A stretch of DNA of 64,000 nt from Thalia democratica (taxonomy: Eukaryota), in NCBI GenBank assembly GCA_965202585.1, contig OZ241827.1, positions 21,638,001 to 21,702,000 of the forward strand, read 5' to 3'. The translations under genes and the position numbers were made by a program. The notes under the pieces were generated by a model that saw only the letters and a program-made list of their open reading frames with translations, was not told where the DNA came from and did not search any database. Shown here one piece after another: positions 54,147 to 64,000 of the stretch (position 1 is the stretch's first letter; each line of letters opens with the position of its first letter).

Positions 54147-54753
54147 AAAATCGATAAAACCTTTTGTGTAGTTTTGAAACAAATAGTTTAAGTAAACTTT
54201 CAAAATCAATTTATCTGATTAAATAATGTGATTTAGTTCATTTAACATAACGCATAATTAAAGTGTAGATAGCATTTAATTATATATGTAACTAAACATA
54301 AATCGATAAAATCTTTTGTGTAGTTAAGAAACAAATAACTTATGTAAACTTTCAAAGTCGATTTATCTGATTAAATAATGTGATTTAGTTCATTTAACAT
54401 AACGCATATTTAAAGTGTAGATAGCATTTAATGATATATGTAACTAAACATAATCGATAAAACCTTTTGTGTAGTTAAGAAACAAATAACTTATGTAAAC
54501 TTTCAAAGTCGATTTATCTGATTAAATAATGTGATTTAGTTCATTTAACATAACGCATATTTAAAAAATAGATAGCATTTAATGATATATGTAACTAAAC
54601 ATAAATCGATAAAACCTTTTGTGTAGTTAAGAAACAAATAACTTATGTAAACTTTCAAAATCAATTAATCTGATTAAATAATGTGATTTAGTTCATTTAA
54701 CATAACGCATATTTAAAAAATAGATAGCATTTAATGGTATATGTAACTAAACA
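54147..54753. repeat. Tandem repeat, 4 x about 152 bp (third copy)
   Basis: Matches 1178-1784 at offset 52969. Confidence 0.95.
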
Positions 54754-57700
54754 GATTTTGTTTGAAACAACTGTCATAGTCAAGATCTGAATTAATGATT
54801 AATAAAGACACCTCATATTTTCTAGAATATGCGCAAAAACTTAGTAGAAACATTAAATAATTAATTAAAATAATTACAAAACATTGATTACTCCCACAAC
54901 TGATTTCTGAATACAATTTAGCTTCGTTTTCTTTTTGCATGTTTTATTTGTTTAATTTTCAAATTTTAAATTGTAAAGCTTAATATTCATCGGCTCGTTA
55001 ACGATTGTAAAAGATGTGGTGTACGACTCTATAACCGAAAGGTTCTTTTGTGCACCAGGTCCTTTGACAAAATTTTTTGCACATTTTATTATGAGATTTA
55101 ATGAACAAAACAATAATTGAAAACGGAAGACTACAAAATAAACGTACTGGTATAACGTTTTCACGTTTTGAAAACTCTTAAAACATATATTCTTCTCTAT
55201 ACTGAGCTAGACCTTCACAAATGTAGCGTCGACTTTTGCAAGACTGAGTGCCTGTTTTTCATTATATGATTGTATATATGCCATTTTCAGCTAAGTTTAT
55301 TAACGGAATTTGAGTTTATAAAAACATGTTTTGGTAGTAATTTGTTATTTAGTACAGTAATTTAGAAATACAGATATTTCTTATAAAATACTTGTCGCAT
55401 TTTTGACAATAGCAGACGATGCAAATTGTTATTACTATAAAAGCTAATGAACACAGGAAAAAAAAGTCTAATAGAAGAGATGAGTACAAATTACAATGAA
55501 AAATAAAGTTATATTCGTTAAGACATCTTAGGATAGCGTTATGAATGCTTATAACAATCTAAATAGAGTATTTTAAAATTTTGTAATTCAACAGAAGTTA
55601 ACGAAATATGAATGTAAAGATAACTAATGAAAATATAAAAATCAATAGATGTACAAAAATTCAAGACTGTAAACTTTGAAAGGTTGTATTTTTTTCGATC
55701 GAAGTTAAACCCAAAATTTTATTTTAACAAAGCGTCATACGACTAATTATAAGGTAAATTTATGGTATTAACGATTGAGTTTGCTTATAAAATTAAAAAT
55801 TTCGTTGATAAAATAGCTTTAGTAGTAACAACACCTATGACAGAACTAACCTTATAATTTTTAAACAACGATTGATTGACTAATTTTTTTATTATAATAC
55901 AGAGTTTGTACTTCATAAAAAGAAACATATTAAAAAAGAAATGCAAATTGATTTCAACAAATTAAACTTCAGCAAACTTTAGAGTCGTTTAGTCAAAATT
56001 AACATTTAAACAATTAAAGATGTAGTTGCTATCTTGCATAATTGGTCAAATAATGCAGTTACTTTGTGTACATGAATTTAAGAAAGACCTGAATACAATT
56101 ATCCGAACCGTAAACATTTGGTATTTATCACACTTCACGATGTAAAATCATGAAAAAAGTTCGAATTAGAAAAACATTAATTCTAAGATACTCTTCTGTA
56201 TTATGCTCATTCCGAAGAATACATTTCTGGTAAAGACGTTAAACTGTATCCGTGGTGTATGACTTGACAACCGTAAGGTATTTCGTACACCAGGTCCTTA
56301 CACCAAGCTGTTTTTTGCGAACAATAAGTTGCAATAAACTGACTGCATGTCAAGGTAGGAACTAATTTCCAAGCATGTATAATAAAAATGTTAATGTTTG
56401 TGGCAAGTTTCTTTAAAGTTGCGTAAACGAACCATTTGTACATTATACTTGTTAAACGATAATATAAACTAACTACCCAAAAGAAAATTGCGTTCATGTT
56501 ATTTTACAATTATGTGTGAAAAATAAAAACTAATTTGTATTTTAATACTATTATATTGATAGCTTTAAATAAATTATGGTAACTTAACATTCATGAGTTC
56601 TTTTTAAAACCAGTAGTTAAAGAACATGCCGAAAAATTCAATATATTTAAATTCCTATTTAGATGTCAGGAAAAAAATTTAACTAAATTCTTGTTCTTAT
56701 TTTGCTAATATAGTAACTATACATAACAGTGTACTTATATATTCTTCGGATTTACTTAAAGTCTAGATGTGTGAATTTGCGACATAAAACTAGTGGTCAT
56801 TAAAAAAAGCTTTAATCTGATAAATTATTTTATATCTCAACTTGAGGACTGATTGGAGTAAACATATCTTTATATTGATAAAAATTCAACAAAATTTAAT
56901 GTTATATGACAAAGCCTTATGAGCATTCTAGACCTTTTGCTTTCAACGTAATGGCGTTCACTTTAAAAATATATAGATTAATATATTTTATCTGGTATTC
57001 TGTTGTGTGTGTCTTAAAGTATTTCTCGTGATAACAATGCGGTCATTAAAAACTTATTTTTACCCCACATTAGCATCTAAAATTGCAAATATAAGCCACA
57101 AAATATATCCTCAACTTTTCGTGTAATGATTCATAACTTATTGGTTCATTTAAAAATGCTAGGATAGAAATGATTTGAAGACATGTCTTTTCAAAATTAA
57201 ATTAATAAAATTCTACTTGCGGACATCTTACTAAAATTGACAGTTGATAAATTACATCCGGCTGATATTCAAACCCAGGATTATTAGCTTTAAAAAAATT
57301 ATATTGCGAACATCAAATTGTAACAGATTGATAGTTTAATTTGCGATAAAACAAAAATATTCATATAAAAACGAGATTGATTTTCGGTTTTTGTCCGTCC
57401 AGGTGCTCCGACTGATCATCAAGTCCAAGTAGCGTCCTTAAAAATTTATTTATAGTTATACTACTTAGTACTATATAGACTATCATATTATGTTTTTTGT
57501 TTAAAAAAAAATATTTTTTTTACCTTAAAAAAGACAGTAATAAAATATACATATTAATCATTAAGTACTTATTGGTTTAATATTAATTAAATGCGATTGC
57601 GAGCTAGTAAATGTAAAATACAGACATAACTGTTATTAGATACACAAAACGTAAAAGAAAACCTTAAATTGATTTTTACAATAGTAACTTTGTAAAAACT

Positions 57701-60700
57701 TATACAATGGCAAAGGAGTAAACTAAAACTAAAATATTTTGGGGGACCTTTAATTTAATTATACTGATAACTTACATAAAAAAAGCCCAAAATAATGATT
57801 ACTATTAAATAATGTATTTAAAAAACTTTGTGAACGTTAATTTTACATTCAAACGATAAGATACATATTAGATTAAATACTGTTAATTATTAACACTCAG
57901 AGACTATTATAAGTATAAATTCGGTAGAATAAAATTAAAATATTTTAGGTGTAAGGGATATAAGTTATCTTGACTTATGTTTCATGTACATCCATGCTAT
58001 CAAGTAAAAATTGGTAAAGAAAAGGTTATACTGACCTAGAAACAAATAACATCAGTAGTTTCAGCTTAGTTGAAAGATGTAATCCCTTTTACATATCTTA
58101 ATAAGCTTAGCAGAACAAATAAGCCATTCAGATTAATAAAAACATAACAACGTTGTTCAAAATTCAATACCAATGTAATTTATTATTCATAATTGGTTGT
58201 AACACCAAATTAACAATAACAATTAGTTATAGAACTACAAATTATCATTTCTTACAAAACAATTTAGGATTGTGCATTAGAAATATACGGAAAGTACTAA
58301 AGGTAATACACGTTTAACTTAACCAAAACTTTGTCTTCGAAATGAATAATTAGCTTCTAGAAAATAAATAAACAATGATCTAAAAGCATGCTGACTTTAT
58401 AAAATAATAAGTTTATTTTTACAAACAATACTACATTAACTATAAAAACTGCTACAATTTTCACACAACTACTAGAAAAGGCTTACGTAAGTAATTAAAT
58501 ACTAAATGAACCGTCAGAACTTTTATCGTAAAGAAAGCTATAAGAATTATAATCAAAAAATTTTATTCAAAATATATGTATATGTATTTATTTATTAAAA
58601 TTTAATACTCCAACAAAATTTTGTAAATTATTATAACAATCGTTATTAAAGAGAATATGTTTATTATCCTTGCAAAACAAAACTTATTCATATAACAATA
58701 CCTTTTTCTTTAAATAAAATTGGCAAAAGTTGTATAGACATGTTAACGTCTACTAAAACTCAGAAATATGTTTGAATTACTTGAAAATTAGTTGAATTTT
58801 GAACTTCATACTATATTTTTTTCAAATTAGCAAAAGTACAATTTTACCTGAAAACTTTCAAATAATAATAATTAGTAAAGTATGTTAATCAATAATTCTA
58901 ACTACCTTTCTTAAATCCGCTCTGTCAGCTGAGACTGCTTGATTGGTCACTTCAATTGTGTCATCCATCCAAGGTCCATGTCACTTCTTTTCTTCCACAA
59001 CGTGTTTACTTGACTGTAAAATGAATAAATTATAATTCATACACATTTTATAATAGTTTTAAATAGAGGTTTGCAAATTAAACACTTTATTTACGACCCG
59101 GTTTTGGGGACAAAAAACCTTTAAGTAAAATAAAATAGTAAACTGCTCATAACAATGTTGGTTATCTATAAAACTCTTTACACTTCAGTAAATTGAGCAA
59201 TCTTTTTTAGTTAAGAAAAATAACTATGTAAAAGTATTATGAAAATTGACATTAATGGTTAAAAATTAAACTGATTATTAATAGCTTATGTGAGTTAAAA
59301 CTATAAAAAACAACTTATTTTGACACACAAAGTTGCTAAACTTAAGCCTAAGACTATTAGTCTTATAAGTGTGCTCAATAGTGTTTATAAAAAGTGTTTT
59401 AATGTGCACAATAAATTAAATAAGATGAAAGATATGTATGTAATAACAGCTGTTTTCTTTTGTGACTATTGGAAAAATAACATAAGTTTTAAAAGTTCTA
59501 TTTATAGACATTCAAAACATAACAAAATAACGTCAAAATAACATAAAAGTGAGGTGTCCAAAACTTTAATTTTAGTAATTTAGTTTGCACAGCTTTTGAG
59601 CAAAAGCATTAAGACCACTACTTAAGACTGCAAGTAGAATAAAAGTACAGTTGTTAAGTTTATAATATAGTCATACTAACAAAATAAAAAATTGCAAATA
59701 TTAAGTAATATGATACATAAAATGACAAAACTAGTATCAAAGTGTTATTATTGTTCCTTCATCTTTTTTATACAGTTTAAACCTTTTTTACTAATAACAA
59801 GTAACAACTTTATGAAACAAAATATAACAGCAGAGTTGCACAAATTAATTTTTAAATACTCTTCAAAATATATCAGATGTCAACTTATAGATGGTTACAA
59901 TTCTTTTTGTAACATAAGGAAAGTAAATTTCTGACTTTTTAAGGCTACTCAATTAAGGTTATGAGAATTTATGTACCATTTAAAATCATCACAAAGTTAC
60001 TTATTGATTCTAAGTTGTATTTACATCATAACGTTTTTAAATCGATGTAATTCTCAAGCTCTGATGTTATTGTATTACATCATAAAAACTTAATGGATCA
60101 ACTTAAATTTAAAAATCTTATTCCTAAGAGTCTATAAATTTTTTTTAAATAAATTTGTTTCCAAGTGCAGTAACTTCTCTAAAAATAAGGACCTGTTTAG
60201 CAACCTAAACTCTCCTCTAATAACAGTTTAATAATGTAAAGGCACATACTTTTTGTTTCATTATAAATCTTGTTTCACAATCATATTTAAAAAAAATATA
60301 TAAGTTAATTTATAAATTGATGTTATAAAGTTTCACCACTATAAAGCTTCCATTATATAAATTCAAGTTATTTACAATTAATTTTTTTTAATTATAACCT
60401 TTGATATCAATAAACATGGCTGTGACCTTTATGAGCAAAAACACTAGCTTGCAAAGACAGTCCAACATGAGGTGAGATTTGAAAAATAAAAAATTCAAAA
60501 TTATAACAATATTAATAATCAAGCTCAAATACTCGAAAATTATAAACAGGACATTAAGAAAGATTCATTTAAGAAAGAATATTTTAAAATTCTTGAGATT
60601 TTAGAATAGTGTACAAACTAGCTAAGTTTTGAAAAAGAAAATTAAACAATCTAAAGTTTACTTAGCTGGGTGGCAATTCTGCATAAGACATTTGAACAAA

Positions 60701-63700
60701 GAGTTCAAAAGAAAATTTAATGTGTCACTCCTACATTAAAACTTTGAATTTATATTGGAATTATGGAAAATTCAATTTTCCCCCCTATGCCCTTATTTTT
60801 TTAAGTTAAAAACTTTGATGAATAGAACTTCTTCTGAACTGAAAACTTCAAGAGTAAGTTTAAAAATTGCACATAAACTGGGAGACTGGATCAAATAATT
60901 TTGAAGCAGACTCAATTAGTATTAACATTTTATTCATATTTAAAACTGTGCGTTATTATTACAGAAATTTATACTGCATTTATTGAAAATGATCAGCTTA
61001 ATTTAACAGTGTGGCCACTGGTTTGTTGTAAATTTCTTCCAGGTTTATAGATACAATTCAATTGTCAATTTTAGGTATATTATTAAATTCATATTAAAAA
61101 TACTGACTAAAATACTTTAACAACATTGAGTAGAAAATATTGTAAAACCTGTTTATAGTTTTAAATGAAAAAGATTATATGATAGGTGTTTCACATCTCA
61201 ACCAAATTTTTTTAATTCACATGTTAACGTAGTTCTAAATTCCAGGTTCTTTAGAAATATTAATTCAATTTTTTATTTTATATTTCACAAAGTACAGGTT
61301 TTATAGTCAAATTTGCCTAAAATGTCAAACTACAGGTTTTTCAAGGATTTCAGATTTTTTGGCCACCCTGCTTTAATTGTATTTTGTATCTTTTGTTTCT
61401 TAAGGAAACTATAATAATATACTTCATATTAGTAACTCTAATTAAAGTTAGGAATGTTGTGTTTTATTTTAATGTTAAATTTGGAACTTAAACTAGTGAA
61501 TACAAGAGCAAATGTACTAACATTGTAAGTTTGAAAAGAGAATCATTCCACTGGAACTGTGGGTGTCATTTGGTTTTTGATGATTTTCCTCATTGAAGAC
61601 CAGGAGCACAGTGGATATAGTTCTGAAATTTACATTAATTTAAAAGTCACTAAAAGTCACATAAAATTAAACAATTTTTAAACAACCTTTTACAAAATTT
61701 TTTCCAATCTTACAGAATACTTTCATAACAATATTCAAACATAACAACTTACTTGGTTTTAATTGTGACTGCCTCTGTATTAAAGTATAAGCAATAAGAG
61801 ACAACAATTGTTTTGTTTACAAACCAAATGATAAAACAACCATTTTAGAAGTGTTAATAAACATTTAAAAATTCGCTAAAAACCAGTACCAGGGAACAGA
61901 TTTAAATTAAACACAAAAAAGTAATCTCTCGCTTACCTATAAAGGTTTATGAAACTAAATGTTAAAAAATATGAAACACATATGTACTAGCATAAAATTA
62001 TAAACAAACCTAATAACTTTTTATTTAAAGACTTTATCTTTTAGCAACTATATTTTCATAGAAGTTTTGTCCCCCTTTTGGTAATTTTATCAAATATGTA
62101 GACAATAGGTACTAAATGGAACTACTTCAGTTTAGTGAAATGTTTTTTTAAATAAACGCTTAACTTTTATAAATTAACACGTAGAGTTTTATTGAACCCA
62201 TTCTTATTTAAATTTTACTTATGTTGATTACGCTTGAAATTATTTAATTGATTATTTACTATGTTGTGTAATATATATTGTTTGTGTTTTATCTTAGTTT
62301 ATTGTTTCAATTGTATTTTCTCTGACGAAAATTGATGAAATATATTGGAAAAGAAAGAGTTTGAGTCATTTTATTTATTTAGTAAAATTGAAAACAAGTC
62401 TGATTTTTAAATTATTAAAATTTTACTATATTCAGTCTACTACTATAAAGAAATTTTACTTAAAAATAAATGAAATAGTTTCTCGTTGCAGCTAAAGTAT
62501 TGTTTATTGTCAATCAAATATTCCTAAAACCTTTTGTTTAATTAGTTTCTAGTATTTAATTAGTAAAAAAAGTTTTTTTAGATCTTGTAAAAGTTTAAAA
62601 TCACCAAAATATTTTTTAAAACAGTATAGTTCTTTTGAAAATTGCAACAAAAAACTTTAAAGCCTATAAATTGTTTTTAAATTTTATTTTCACTGATAAT
62701 AAGCTATATTATAATACTTCACATTAAAATTTATATACAATTCTAATTATCTCGTGCACATTTTTCCAAAACAAAAGGTGAGTGTAGTTTTTTTTTGTAG
62801 CTTTTTAAATAAAATTTCGTTTAACTTTAGCTACTTAGTTCAATCGAACTTTACAGGCATGTTTTTTTATTTAGTTTATTTATACTAGAAGATGCAAACA
62901 AAAATTTTTGATAAAAATAGAAAAAATTGTTCTGAAATTAAACTTTTATATATCAAACTGCGAAATGATTTAAGCTTCTAAAAATATGAGAACTTGTTTT
63001 AAATCGCAACTGTATAAACTTAAAAATTGTTGGTTTTAGTAACACAAAATATTGATGATTTAAATAAATTACCTTTTAAAATAAATACTTATTAAAAACT
63101 TTCAAATTTTTTCTATTTTTTGACATTAACTCGAAATAACAAACCTGCATTTTACCTTGCTATCTAAATTTGTCTTGTAAAATTTTTGTTAAGTTGTTAA
63201 AACATCTTAGTATAAATAACCACAATGATATAGTAAAAAAGTAGCCTATTTAGTTACTTTAAACACTATAAATCTCAAGACTTTTTGAATAAAGAGCTTT
63301 AAATAGAAGAAACAGCTTTTAAGATAATTAGTTTAATTTATACTAATGAAAAAACGAGTTTGAAAAGTTTGTGTAATAAACAATATTATTAAATTCTTAT
63401 AGTTAAAAACAAAAATTGGATATACTAAATAAAATCATTTATAAATCTATCATACGATCTAATATTATGATAAACATCATACTAATTAAAATTTAAAAAA
63501 ATCTACAAATAACAGACACTTCAATTAGGTTTATAAATCGTAACAAAGTTCATACTGATTAAACATGAATTTAAGCAACTTTTGGTTACTTAACTCAATC
63601 AAGTGTCAGTATTTGTTACTATTTATTTGCATTTGATCGGAATTAATTTATAAAACAGCAGAAAGTTTTGGGAAACCAAAAAAATGATTTTGTCTGCTTT

Positions 63701-64000
63701 TGTTAAAACTTTGTGAACATTGTTTTTGAATGTAAAATTTCTGAAAAACTTTTAAATAGGTAAACAAACTTTATTTTACAAAAAAACGTACGTTACGTTA
63801 AACGTGTACCTTACAGCTTTAGACAAGATTTAGTTTTTTTTAAATTGAAAAATAGCTAATTTTTTATTATGTTAACAAAAGTTTTACACGCTTAGTTTAT
63901 TGTTTAAGTTATTTAAAAAATAACAGCTTTATGTTATCATAAAATATTTTAAAATCGTTTTTGCGTTCATTTAATTAATTTATCTAATAAAACATCAAAA

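Larger units (their letters stand above)
39829..61559 (+). repeat. One complete 21,731-bp tandem segmental-duplication unit
   Basis: Identical ORF-track entries recur at a constant 21,731 offset (34476/56207, 37589/59320, 37961/59692) within gap-free sequence 33834-64000. The next unit starts at 61560. Confidence 0.9.

Overview
This is very AT-rich, intron-bearing eukaryotic DNA, probably from an animal, with two 100-N scaffold gaps (12156-12255, 33734-33833). Most of the window is a head-to-tail segmental amplification with a 21,731-bp period; one complete contiguous unit is 39829-61559. Each unit carries five parts: (i) a 12-exon phospholipase B-like 2 (PLBD2, Ntn-hydrolase) gene on the minus strand; (ii) about 260 bp upstream of its ATG, a 928-bp GC-rich element bounded by 19-bp inverted repeats, containing a hairpin cluster and a perfect, spacer-less 116-bp palindrome; (iii) a 4x152-bp tandem repeat; (iv) a small MITE-like relic; (v) exon-like fragments, some fibronectin-type-III-like, of a decayed or unidentified gene. 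Three PLBD2 copies are visible. The copy at 44393-52413 looks intact (546 aa). The copy at 20445-28305 is frameshifted in exon 1. The copy at 12256-14908 is inverted and partial: exons 5-11 only, with no terminal exon. Most ORFs in the supplied track are spurious or are single exons read through into introns. All identity statements are by-eye comparisons, not computed alignments. True copy number and contig orientation across the gaps are uncertain.
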